A program made the translations under genes and the position numbers. A stretch of 64,000 nt of DNA. Source: Candidatus Brocadiia bacterium (lineage in GTDB: Bacteria; Planctomycetota; Brocadiia; CAIUPP01). The stretch spans positions 194,847-258,846 of the forward strand of contig JBEKCB010000001.1 in NCBI GenBank assembly GCA_050015075.1, written 5' to 3'. Below, piece by piece: positions 9,561 through 18,426 of the stretch (its first letter is position 1; every line of letters starts with the position of its first letter). Under the pieces are notes generated by a model. It was not told where the DNA came from. It did no database searches and saw nothing but the letters and a program-made list of their open reading frames with translations.

Positions 9561-10487
9561 CTACTCGTATCGGATTCTCGGGTCCAGCCACACATAGACC
9601 AAGTCCACGATCAGATTCACGACGACGAACGTCGCCGCGAGCCACATGACCGCGCCGACGACCACCGGGTAATCGCGCCCGGAGATGGCGTCCAGGATCG
9701 CGCTGCCGATGCCGGGGATGTTGAAGACCGTCTCCGTCAGCACCGCGCCGGAAAGAAGCCCGGCGAGGGACGAGCCGATGAGCGTCACGATCGGGATCAG
9801 CGCGTTGCGCAAGCCGTGCCGGAGCACCACCCGCCATTCCGCCAGTCCCTTGGCGCGCGCGGTGCGGATGTAGTCGCGGCCGAGCGTCTCGAGCAGGCTC
9901 GATCGCGTCAGCCGCGCGATGCCCGCCGCCGTCACCGACCCGAGCGCCGCGCACGGCAGCGCGAAATAGCGCAGGTTCAGCGGCTCGTAACCGCTCACCG
10001 CGAAGAACGATCCCGGCCCGGTCAGCAGCAGGATCAGCAGCATCCCGAGCCAGAAGACCGGCAGCGAGACGCCCGCGAGCGCCGCGAGCATGCAGGCCGC
10101 GTCCACGACCGATCGCGGACGCGCCGCGCTGAGCACTCCGGCCGCGATCCCAAGCGCCAGCGCGAAGAGCAGCGAGCCGAGCGCGAGCTGGAGCGTCGGC
10201 AGGAAACGCTCGAGCAGGATGCCCGCGACCGGCTGGTCGCTGCGGATGGACTCGCCCAGGTCGCCGCGGACCGCGCGGCCGAGGAAGAACAGGTACTGCG
10301 TCCCGAGCGGCGCGTCGAGGTGGTGGCGCGCGCGGATCGCCGCCAGCGCGCGCGCGTCGGTCCCCTGCGGCGAGAGCAGCGCCGCCGGGTCGCCCGGCAG
10401 CACGTACATCACCGCGAACGCGGCCAGGCTGATCCCGAGCAGCACCGGCACCAGGTTGAGCAGCCGCCGAAGGATGAATCGTTTCAT
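9561..10487 (-). CDS. Oligopeptide/dipeptide ABC transporter permease (DppB/OppB type)
   Basis: LPGDPA, GDLGES, DYIRTARAKGL, HGLRNALIP, RDYPVV, LDPRIR. Confidence 0.92.
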   Translation of the reverse strand: MKRFILRRLLNLVPVLLGISLAAFAVMYVLPGDPAALLSPQGTDARALAAIRARHHLDAPLGTQYLFFLGRAVRGDLGESIRSDQPVAGILLERFLPTLQLALGSLLFALALGIAAGVLSAARPRSVVDAACMLAALAGVSLPVFWLGMLLILLLTGPGSFFAVSGYEPLNLRYFALPCAALGSVTAAGIARLTRSSLLETLGRDYIRTARAKGLAEWRVVLRHGLRNALIPIVTLIGSSLAGLLSGAVLTETVFNIPGIGSAILDAISGRDYPVVVGAVMWLAATFVVVNLIVDLVYVWLDPRIRYE

Positions 10488-10586
10488 GGAAACAGTATAC
10501 TCGGCCCGCGAGGCCGCGCAATAGAAGCCGGCTGCTTGAGCGGCGCGGGCGGACGATTGGGGCGCATCGTCAGGCGGCCTTGCGGA

Positions 10587-11477
10587 CTACGCCAACGCGA
10601 GGTTCGAGCCGACGCGGGTCGCCTTGTCGTGGAACTCGACGACGCGCGACATCTCGGCATCCATCGCGGGGTTGCCCAGGTGCTCGATCAACTCGCACGT
10701 CGCGAAGCTCTCCGCCTTTCTGGAGTAATCGTCGCACCAGGTTTTCACTTTCTGCACTGTGGCCTCGTCCGGCCAGGGATAATGAATCCTCAGCGGCTTC
10801 ATTCCGCAGCGCCACGGTTTGGGCGTCAGCCGCGCTCGGAAGGAACCCTGCGTCTTGCAGAGCGCTACGTATCGCGGATCGGCGCCGAGCGCTTCCATCG
10901 CCCTGAGCGCGCCCTCGGAATCCGGCTCCATGCGGCCGTGCGTCATCAGGTATCTCAGCCCGCCGCGCGTCTGGTACACTCGCACACCGAAGTCGGGCGC
11001 CTGGGCGACCGTGGACCGGATTTTGCCGAGAGCGTTGTCCCGCTCGCGCTCCGCCCGACTGGGTGCGCCCAGGCCGACCAGCCGCTTGAGCCCGCCCGTG
11101 AAAACATCCCAGACTGAATCTTCCGGCAGGTCAATGTCCACGAACATGATCGCCGCCGTATTGAGCACCTCGCAACCGTAGACGTTGCGAGTGACCGCCG
11201 CCCAGGTCTCGCCTGCATCATTTTTCCACTCGTCGAGCACCGCCTCGTGGACCGGCCGGTCGCCATAGGAATACCGCTTGGGAGGATGCCGGGCATCGAA
11301 CGCCCCCGTCGGCCACATTGCCGCGATGGCCCTGGCTCGCTGGTTGCCTCTCTCTATCGCATCGCTCAGGCTCACATCGGACCAGCCCCAGCAGGTCAAA
11401 CGCGTGGTTTTCAAGTCTATGTTGCTTCTGCTCGGGAACGTCGTGGTGCTCTTCGCCCAGTATCGCGGAATTTTCAT
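10587..11477 (-). CDS. Hypothetical protein with possible AEP (primase-polymerase)-like motifs
   Basis: 296-aa ORF, GGAGG RBS; MFVDID and VRVYQTRGGLRY; the fold call is inference. Confidence 0.7.
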   Translation of the reverse strand: MKIPRYWAKSTTTFPSRSNIDLKTTRLTCWGWSDVSLSDAIERGNQRARAIAAMWPTGAFDARHPPKRYSYGDRPVHEAVLDEWKNDAGETWAAVTRNVYGCEVLNTAAIMFVDIDLPEDSVWDVFTGGLKRLVGLGAPSRAERERDNALGKIRSTVAQAPDFGVRVYQTRGGLRYLMTHGRMEPDSEGALRAMEALGADPRYVALCKTQGSFRARLTPKPWRCGMKPLRIHYPWPDEATVQKVKTWCDDYSRKAESFATCELIEHLGNPAMDAEMSRVVEFHDKATRVGSNLALA

Positions 11478-11590
11478 CTTGCGGTCCTCCGCATTTTATC
11501 CGCGACGGCGCGAAAGGCGGCCCGCTGCAAGCCCGCGCTGAAAAAACCGTTCGCGCTTTCGCGGTCCATAAAATCGCGAGTGGGCCGGCG

Positions 11591-12487
11591 CTATCGCAGT
11601 TCGTCTTCGAGGGCGGCGATCCGCTGCTTCGCCTGCTCGACGACGGCCGGCGGGGCCGACGCGGAGAGCTTGACCACCTTGCGATATTCCTCCAGCGCCT
11701 CGCTGCGGCGACCGAGGAACTCGAGGATGCGCGCCCTGTCCGCGTGCGCCACGGGCTGATGGGGATCCACGTCAAGCGCCCGGTCCATGTCCGCCAGCGC
11801 GCGGGCCAGGTCGGTTTTTTCCTCGAGGTACGCCAGGCCGCGCTCGTGGTAAGCGGTGTAATCGCGCGGGTTCAGCTTGATGGCCTCGCTGAAGTCCGCA
11901 AGCGCCAGGTCGTAACGCGCGGTCTGGGCATACGCCATCCCGCGGCCGCAGAACGCCTCGGCGCGCTGCGGGTCCAGCGCGATGGCGGCGGTGTAGTCCG
12001 CGATGCTGCGGTCGTCCTGCTGGTCCATCCGGTCCACGTCGCCGCGCCGGCAGTACGCCAGCGCGTTCTCCGGATCCAGGGCGAGCGCTTTCGAGTAGTC
12101 GGCGCGGGCGAGCGCCGGATCGCCGGCGAGCTGGTGCAGCATCCCGCGGTTCACGTAAACCTGCGAAACCCCGGGCGCCAGCTCGATGGCCTTGTCATAG
12201 TCCGCCAGCGCGCGCGGATAGTCCTTCTTCGCGTCCCGGTAAATCGTGGCGCGGTTCGAGTAATACACCGCGATGAGGGTCCCCGTCGATGTGACGGGGA
12301 TGGCCTGGTCGAGCGCGGCGAGCGCCGCGTCCGCGTCGAGGCCGGGCGGCAGGCTTGAAACGAGTTCGGTCATTATCTCCGACAACGCCGCCTTGGAATC
12401 CGGGGCCGTCCTGCAGCCGCCGATGAACGCGCACGCCGCGCAGAGGATCGCGAGGACCGTCGCGCGCCCGAGGATGCCCTTCGTCAT
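11591..12487 (-). CDS. Tetratricopeptide-repeat lipoprotein
   Basis: Lipobox-like IGGC; about six TPRs of the type ALADYDKAIELAP. Confidence 0.85.
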   Translation of the reverse strand: MTKGILGRATVLAILCAACAFIGGCRTAPDSKAALSEIMTELVSSLPPGLDADAALAALDQAIPVTSTGTLIAVYYSNRATIYRDAKKDYPRALADYDKAIELAPGVSQVYVNRGMLHQLAGDPALARADYSKALALDPENALAYCRRGDVDRMDQQDDRSIADYTAAIALDPQRAEAFCGRGMAYAQTARYDLALADFSEAIKLNPRDYTAYHERGLAYLEEKTDLARALADMDRALDVDPHQPVAHADRARILEFLGRRSEALEEYRKVVKLSASAPPAVVEQAKQRIAALEDELR

Positions 12488-12612
12488 GCCGTTTGACCCT
12501 TTCCGGACTTCAGCCGGGCTCCGGCGGCGGCGCGAAACGGCCTGCGGCCGCCGCGAGCGCTGTTCCAATATTTTACCGGCCCCGTATAATTTCACAAGCC
12601 TTGTGCGCGTTC

Positions 12613-12641
12613 TTGACGCGGCTGGAAGGAGAAGCTATTCT
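12613..12641 (+). promoter_or_regulatory. Putative sigma70 promoter of the sdh operon
   Basis: TTGACG-N17-TATTCT upstream of sdhC. Confidence 0.5.
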
Positions 12642-12679
12642 GCAAGTATCCTCGCAGCGCTGAATTGGGGAAGCGGGCA

Positions 12680-13021
12680 ATGCGCTATAAAATGCAGGAA
12701 GGCGAGATCGCGTGGATCCTCCACCGCGTCACCGGCGCGGGTGTGGCGGCTTTCCTGCTGCTGCATATCTCCGACATCACGCTCATCGGCTGGGGACCGG
12801 GCCTGTTCGACAAGCTGCTCTTCTTCTACCGCGCCCGGCCGTTCCGGGTGATGGAGGTCTTCCTGCTGGCGGGGGTGCTGTTCCACGCCTTGAACGGGGT
12901 CCGGATCATCCTGATTGATTTCTGGCCCGCCGCGGCGGGCATCCAGAGGAAACTTTTCTACGGCGAGATGGCGCTTTTCATCGTGGCGTTCATCCCCGCC
13001 GCGTACCTGATGCTGCGCTGA
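12680..13021 (+). CDS. sdhC: Succinate dehydrogenase cytochrome b subunit
   Basis: LHRVTG, LLLHI, FHALNGVRII; three TM helices; first gene of the sdh operon. Confidence 0.9.
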   Translation: MRYKMQEGEIAWILHRVTGAGVAAFLLLHISDITLIGWGPGLFDKLLFFYRARPFRVMEVFLLAGVLFHALNGVRIILIDFWPAAAGIQRKLFYGEMALFIVAFIPAAYLMLR

Positions 13022-13036
13022 GCGCAAGGGAGAGCG

Positions 13037-13420
13037 TTGCACGTGGAACCCGAGATCGTCCGCAGGCCCAAAGCGTCGGAGCGGTTCGAGACCTATGCCT
13101 GGCTCTACATGCGCGTCTCCGGACCGCTGCTGATCCTGATGGTGCTGGTGCATTTCGGGGTCATGCACCTCTATTACGGCGTGGAGCACATTGATTTCAG
13201 CGTCGTGGCCGCGCGCTACGCGACGCCGTTCTGGCGGATCTACGACCTGGTCATGGTGGCGGTGGCGGTCACGCACGGAATGAACGGGGCGAAGATGATC
13301 CTGGACGATTACATCCATCCGAGAAGCTGGCGCACGGCCGTCCTCTGCCTGGTCTGGGCGATCGGCCTCATTTTTCTGGCGATGGGCGGATTCACGATCC
13401 TGACGTTCGGCGTCAAGTGA
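13037..13420 (+). CDS. sdhD: Succinate dehydrogenase membrane anchor subunit
   Basis: WLYMRVSG, THGMNG...DDY; three TM helices. Confidence 0.88.
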   Translation: MHVEPEIVRRPKASERFETYAWLYMRVSGPLLILMVLVHFGVMHLYYGVEHIDFSVVAARYATPFWRIYDLVMVAVAVTHGMNGAKMILDDYIHPRSWRTAVLCLVWAIGLIFLAMGGFTILTFGVK

Positions 13421-13427
13421 GGCGGCG

Positions 13428-15173
13428 ATGGCTTCGCTCTATCACAAGCAGTCGCACGAGGCGGACGTGGTCGTGGTCGGGGCCGGCGGCACGGGGCTGA
13501 TGGCGGCGCTGGAGCTCTCCGCGCACGTGCGCACCGCGGTCATCAGCAAGCTCATCCCGGTCCGCTCGCACACCGGCGCGGCGCAGGGCGGCATCGGCGC
13601 CGCGCTCGGGAACGAGGAGCCGGACAACTGGCTCTGGCACATGTTCGACACGGTCAAGGGCAGCGACTACCTCGCCGACCAGGACGCGGCCGAGGTCCTG
13701 ACGCACGACGCGATCGAGGCGGTTTACCGGCTCGAGCACTGGGGCCTGCCCTTCGATCGCACGCCCGACGGCCGCATCGCGCAGCGGCGGTTCGGCGGCC
13801 ACACGCGCGACTTCGGCAAGGCCGCGGTCAAGCGCTCCTGCTACGCCGCCGACCACACCGGGCACGGCATCCTGCAGACGCTCTACCAGCAATGCATCAA
13901 GAACGGCGTGACCTTCTTCGACGAGTACTTCCTGCTCGATCTGCTCGTGCGCGACGGCGTCTGCTGCGGCGTGGTCGCCATGTGCCTCGCCCGCGGCGAC
14001 ATCCACGTCTTCCACGCGAAGGCGGTGCTCTTCGCCACCGGCGGCTGCGGGCGCATGTACAAGATCACCAGCAACGCGCTGAGCTTCACCGGCGACGGGC
14101 CGGCGGTGGCCTTCCGGCGCGGCGCGCCGCTGGAGGACATGGAGTTCTTCCAGTTCCATCCGACCGGCATCTACAAGCTCGGCATCCTGATCAGCGAGGC
14201 GGTCCGCGGCGAGGGCGGCATCCTGCGCAACGGCCAGGGCGAGCGGTTCATGGAACGCTACGCGCCGACGCTGCTCGACCTGGCGCCGCGCGACATCGTC
14301 GCCCGCGCGATCTACCAGGAAATCCGCGAGGGGCGCGGCGTGGACGGAAAGGATTACATCCTGCTCGATGCCACGCCCATCGGCCGCGCGACGCTCCGGG
14401 CCAAGCTGCCCGACATCAGCTCGTTCGTGCAGACCTACCTCGGCATAGACCCGGCGGAAACGCCGATCCCCGTTCAGCCCACGGCGCACTACGCGATGGG
14501 CGGCATTCCGACCGACCTGGACGGCCGCGTGATCCTGGACGAGAAGAAGACGCCGATGCCCGGGTTCTACGCCGCCGGCGAATGCGCCTGCGTCTCCGTC
14601 CACGGCGCGAACCGCCTGGGCACGAACTCGCTCGTGGACATCCTCGTCTTCGGCCGGCGCTCCGCGGCGCACATGCTCGAATTCGTCCGCGCGAACCCCT
14701 GGACGCCGCTTCCGCCGGAGCCCGCCGCCGAGAGCGAGCTGCGGCTGGCCGCGATCCTCGATCGCTCCAAAGGCGAATCGCAGGCCGGCATCCGCGACGC
14801 TCTGCGCGAAGTGATGATGGACAAGGTCTCCATCTTCCGCGAGGAGAAGGGCCTGCGCGAGGCGCTCCAGGCGATCCGCGGATTGAAAGAGCGCTATGCC
14901 CGCGTCAGCATCAGCGACCACGGGCATTGCTTCAACCAGGAATTGCAGGAGACGCTCGAGCTGGGGAACCTGCTCGACCTGGCCGAGGTCACCGCGCTCA
15001 GCGCGCTCGGCCGCACCGAGAGCCGCGGCGCGCACAGCCGCGAGGACCACCCGAAGCGCGACGATGCGAACTGGCTCAAGCACACGCTGGCCTGCCGGTC
15101 CGCCGAGGGCATTATTCTGAAGTACAAACCGGTCACCATCTCCCGCTTTCAGCCTAAGGAGAGAAAGTATTGA
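13428..15173 (+). CDS. sdhA: Succinate dehydrogenase flavoprotein subunit
   Basis: GAGGTG, RSHTGAAQGG (FAD His), QFHPT, SEAVRGEG, HYAMGG, HGANRLG, ESRGAH. Confidence 0.97.
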   Translation: MASLYHKQSHEADVVVVGAGGTGLMAALELSAHVRTAVISKLIPVRSHTGAAQGGIGAALGNEEPDNWLWHMFDTVKGSDYLADQDAAEVLTHDAIEAVYRLEHWGLPFDRTPDGRIAQRRFGGHTRDFGKAAVKRSCYAADHTGHGILQTLYQQCIKNGVTFFDEYFLLDLLVRDGVCCGVVAMCLARGDIHVFHAKAVLFATGGCGRMYKITSNALSFTGDGPAVAFRRGAPLEDMEFFQFHPTGIYKLGILISEAVRGEGGILRNGQGERFMERYAPTLLDLAPRDIVARAIYQEIREGRGVDGKDYILLDATPIGRATLRAKLPDISSFVQTYLGIDPAETPIPVQPTAHYAMGGIPTDLDGRVILDEKKTPMPGFYAAGECACVSVHGANRLGTNSLVDILVFGRRSAAHMLEFVRANPWTPLPPEPAAESELRLAAILDRSKGESQAGIRDALREVMMDKVSIFREEKGLREALQAIRGLKERYARVSISDHGHCFNQELQETLELGNLLDLAEVTALSALGRTESRGAHSREDHPKRDDANWLKHTLACRSAEGIILKYKPVTISRFQPKERKY

Positions 15174-15174
15174 C

Positions 15175-15270
15175 GGGTGATTAGGAGATTGGGAAATTTG
15201 GAAATTGGGGATAGATGTTGCGCCATCCGATAAGTCCTAATCTCCCAATCTCCTAATCACCCAATCACCC
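15175..15270. repeat. Octamer-based inverted repeat between sdhA and sdhB
   Basis: gggtgattaggagattggga (15175-15194) is the exact reverse complement of 15243-15262; arms built from 8-mers. Confidence 0.85.
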
Positions 15271-15288
15271 CCAAGGAAGGAGTTGCAA

Positions 15289-15984
15289 GTGAAAGTCGCT
15301 ATCGAGATCCTGCGGTTCAACCCGGAGAAAGACGCGGCGCCGCACTGGGCTTCGTATGAAGTCGAGGTCGAGCCGAGCGACCGCGTGCTCGACGCGCTCC
15401 ATGCGATCAAGTCGTACCAGGACGGCACCCTGGCGCTGCGAAGCTCCTGCGCGCACGGCGTCTGCGGCTCGGACGCGATGCAGATCAACGGTCTGAACCG
15501 GCTGGCATGCAAGACGCTCGTCCGCGACGTCGGCGAGAAGATCGTGATCGAGCCGCTCAAGGGATTCCCGGTCATCAAGGACCTGGTCGTGGACATGGAC
15601 GGGTTCTTCGAGCAGTACCGCGCCGTGCACCCGTACCTGGTCAACAAGGACCTGCCGCCCGCCGACGAGCGGCTGCAACTGCCCGAGGACCGCGCGCGGA
15701 TCGAGGACACCACTCGCTGCATCCTCTGCGCGAGCTGCACTTCGTCGTGTCCTTCCTTCTGGGTGAACCGCAACTATCTCGGCCCGGCGGCGATCGTCAA
15801 TGCGCATCGCTTCCTGTTCGACAGCCGCGACCACGGCAGCCACGAGCGGCTCGACGCGCTCAATTCGCGCAACGGTGTCTGGCGCTGCCGCACGATCTTC
15901 AATTGCAACGCCGCCTGTCCGCGCGACATCAAGATCACCCAGGCCATCGGCCAGACGAAGCGCGCGCTGCTTCTGGAGCCCTGA
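15289..15984 (+). CDS. sdhB: Succinate dehydrogenase iron-sulfur subunit
   Basis: SCAHGVCGSD, CILCASCTSSCP, CRTIFNCNAACP; GTG 15289 (alternative TTG 15283) after AGGAG. Confidence 0.96.
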   Translation: MKVAIEILRFNPEKDAAPHWASYEVEVEPSDRVLDALHAIKSYQDGTLALRSSCAHGVCGSDAMQINGLNRLACKTLVRDVGEKIVIEPLKGFPVIKDLVVDMDGFFEQYRAVHPYLVNKDLPPADERLQLPEDRARIEDTTRCILCASCTSSCPSFWVNRNYLGPAAIVNAHRFLFDSRDHGSHERLDALNSRNGVWRCRTIFNCNAACPRDIKITQAIGQTKRALLLEP

Positions 15985-16011
15985 TCGGCCGCCTGCCACC
16001 CAAATGCCGTC

Positions 16012-16070
16012 CCGCTCGTAGTGTGCCCGTCCGGGCATACGAAATAGCGCCTTACGGCGCCACTACAAGC
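16012..16070. repeat. REP-like dispersed element family A, copy 1
   Basis: GTAG-hairpin plus inverted hairpin-CTAC; 53/59 identical to 24704-24762. Confidence 0.85.
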
Positions 16071-16100
16071 GGCGACAAACGCCTAACTGGAATTAATCGC

Positions 16101-16129
16101 TTGCATTGGGGAGACAGTTTAGGTATCCT
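16101..16129 (+). promoter_or_regulatory. Putative sigma70 promoter
   Basis: TTGCAT-N17-TATCCT. Confidence 0.35.
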
Positions 16130-16180
16130 TCTTCAGGGCAAGCTAGCTTGGCGTACCGGAAATAAGTTGCGTAACGTTTT

Positions 16181-16267
16181 GTCATTCCGAGCGGAGCGAG
16201 GAATCTCATACGCCGCGCGTTGGTAATGGTTTAAGGTGTGAGATGCTTCGCTGCGCTCAGCATGACG
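16181..16267. repeat. Dispersed hairpin element family B, copy 1
   Basis: gtcattccgagc...gcgaggaatctc...gaga..cttcgctgcgc.cag..tgacg; homologous to 47817-47902. Confidence 0.85.
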
Positions 16268-16378
16268 CGGGCTGGACTTATTTACGTTATCTCTGGGACA
16301 CTGCGCTAGAATATCACGCGATCCTGTGGCGCGACGCACTTAGGTCAGGAGTTTCTTGGTTTCAGGAAAGGGCTGCAA

Positions 16379-16792
16379 ATGCCGAGGCCGAAATTGGAGA
16401 AGGTGACCGTTGAGGAACTCAAGAAGGAAATCGCGCGGCGGCAGAAAAACCTGGCGAAACTCGCCGCCAAGCGCGACGCGCTGAATTGCCAGATCGCGGA
16501 ATTGGAAGGCCTGGGCATTGTCGCCAAGCCCGCCGCGAAACGCGGCAGGAAACCGGGCCGCAAGCGCGGGCGGAAAGCCGGTCGCGCGCCGCAGCCGGGC
16601 AGCCTGATCAACCTGCTGGTGCAGGCCCTGGAAGCCAAAGGCAAGCTGACAGTCGCCCAAGCCGTGGACGCGGTCCTGGCGGCCGGTTACAAGAGCAAGT
16701 CCAAGCTGTTCAAGCTCATCGTCAACCAGGCTCTCGCCAAGAACAAGCGGTTCAAGCGCGTCGGCAAGGGCGTCTATAAACTGCGCGGCTGA
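16379..16792 (+). CDS. Basic nucleoid-associated protein candidate (coiled coil, KR-rich linker, winged helix)
   Basis: N-terminal heptads, KRGRKPGRKRGRK linker, C-terminal FKRVGKGVYKL wing. Confidence 0.75.
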   Translation: MPRPKLEKVTVEELKKEIARRQKNLAKLAAKRDALNCQIAELEGLGIVAKPAAKRGRKPGRKRGRKAGRAPQPGSLINLLVQALEAKGKLTVAQAVDAVLAAGYKSKSKLFKLIVNQALAKNKRFKRVGKGVYKLRG

Positions 16793-16807
16793 CGGATCGG
16801 AACGAGC

Positions 16808-16851
16808 AAGCCTTGCGAAGGTTTTCACCCGCCTTCGCAAGGCTTTGTTTT
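16808..16851 (+). terminator. Rho-independent terminator
   Basis: 14-bp stem aagccttgcgaagg/ccttcgcaaggctt followed by tgtttt, 15 nt after the stop. Confidence 0.75.
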
Positions 16852-16878
16852 ACAGCTCTCGCTTAGGAGAGACAACCC

Positions 16879-17235
16879 ATGGTCAAGTCCGTCAAGACAT
16901 ACTTCCAAGAGCAGGGAATGGCCAGCGAGCTGGCGCTCCAATTGGATGAAGTCACTTCCGCGATGCATAGCCGCATGCACCGGTTCAACAAGCAGGGCGT
17001 CTCCAAGAACCTGGTCATGATTGATCTGGGCAAGTACCGGCACATGGAGACGCGGAATCCCAAAAGCAATCTTGAGTTGCTCCGGACCACCCTGGATGGA
17101 ATGCTGCTGGTGCTGAACGTGGAGGACCGGTTCCGCCTCCTCGAGCATCACGACATAATCAAGCTGAATTACGTGACGGCCGAATACGAATTCACCGCAT
17201 TCGGAAAGCAATTCTTCGAGCCGGCCAAGGTCTGA
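16879..17235 (+). CDS. Hypothetical protein
   Basis: 118-aa ORF with AGGAG RBS and protein-like composition. Confidence 0.7.
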   Translation: MVKSVKTYFQEQGMASELALQLDEVTSAMHSRMHRFNKQGVSKNLVMIDLGKYRHMETRNPKSNLELLRTTLDGMLLVLNVEDRFRLLEHHDIIKLNYVTAEYEFTAFGKQFFEPAKV

Positions 17236-17237
17236 CC

Positions 17238-17263
17238 GCCGGCCGCCTCAACCGGCGGCCGGC
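17238..17263. terminator. GC-rich hairpin between convergent genes
   Basis: gccggccgcc-tcaacc-ggcggccggc. Confidence 0.45.
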
Positions 17264-17280
17264 AGTCCCGACGATCACTT

Positions 17281-18426
17281 TCAGCGAGGCCGCCTCGGCG
17301 AAGGCGGCAGCGGGACCGGGGCCGGGGCTGGCGACGGGTTGTCATACATGACCGGCCCGCCGTCCACGATCGGCTTGGCCGGCGTCGCCAGCATGTGCGT
17401 GTCCTGGACGGAAAGGTGGATCAGCATTTCGCCCGCTGAAACGCCCTTGCCGCGCAGGGTGCCGCTGGTCAGTTCCACGCCGCGGCCGCTGCCGGGAGTG
17501 CGCTCGTACTGGCTGCTGCCCGCCAGCGCCTGCCGGATGAACTCGGCCACCTCCTTCTCGCCGATAACCGTCTTCGAATCGGGCGCGGGGTCGCCGGCCG
17601 TCAGGACCAGGTCCACCGCGTAGCCCTCGACGAGCTTATCCTGCAGGTTCTCGAACAGGTCGCGCCGCCCAAAGACCTCAAGCCCGACGACGCGGCCGGT
17701 GCGCGCGTCGGCGATGGCGATGCCGACCGTTTCAGGCGGGCTGAAATGGCCGAGCGCCTTGTGCGCCTCGCTGAAATCCTTCTGGGCCTGTTCCGAGTTC
17801 AGCGATTCGTCCAGATTGCCGGTGGCGTTGGGCGCGTTCAGCGCGTTGGACCGCTCCGCGGCCCGTTCCCACACCTCAGACTGATCGGCGCCACCCTGGA
17901 TCGCGTTCCGGACGCTGGCGGGCGCGAGGTTCCTGGAACCCTCGAACTCGCGCTTGCCGGTCCAGCGATGCGGCTCCACGCAGAACACCGGCACCGACGC
18001 CCTCTGCTTCGCCTCGATCACCGTGTCCTGGCGGATGACGCGCGTCTGCTGACCGCCCTTGATGATCTCGCCGCTCATGAGGAACACCGTCGCGTCGCCG
18101 ACGTTCTCCATCTGCACCTCGGAGACCTGCGCCTGCGCTTTCTCGACGATCCTCAGGTGGCCCGCCTCCACGGCCTTGTCCATCGTCTCCCAATTGCCCG
18201 GCGCCTGCAGGCCCTCGTAGCGGATGGGGAAAACGAGCATGTTCTTGTAAATGCGCGCCTTATCCACGACCAGGCCGCCCAGGAGCGTCTTAACTTCGGG
18301 CGCCTGCCCGGCCTTGTCCGCAAGCGGCTGGCTCTGCGCCTGGACCGGACGCACCGGCGCGCCGAACGCGTAGAGAACCGCCACGCCTGCCAGCAACGCC
18401 ATCACTGCCGATATTCCGTGCCTCAT
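17281..18426 (-). CDS. ARPP-1 (DUF6569) family protein with signal peptide
   Basis: GEIIKGGQQTRVI, VPVFCVE..RW, QSEVW; N-terminal signal peptide; GGAGG RBS. Confidence 0.75.
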   Translation of the reverse strand: MRHGISAVMALLAGVAVLYAFGAPVRPVQAQSQPLADKAGQAPEVKTLLGGLVVDKARIYKNMLVFPIRYEGLQAPGNWETMDKAVEAGHLRIVEKAQAQVSEVQMENVGDATVFLMSGEIIKGGQQTRVIRQDTVIEAKQRASVPVFCVEPHRWTGKREFEGSRNLAPASVRNAIQGGADQSEVWERAAERSNALNAPNATGNLDESLNSEQAQKDFSEAHKALGHFSPPETVGIAIADARTGRVVGLEVFGRRDLFENLQDKLVEGYAVDLVLTAGDPAPDSKTVIGEKEVAEFIRQALAGSSQYERTPGSGRGVELTSGTLRGKGVSAGEMLIHLSVQDTHMLATPAKPIVDGGPVMYDNPSPAPAPVPLPPSPRRPR

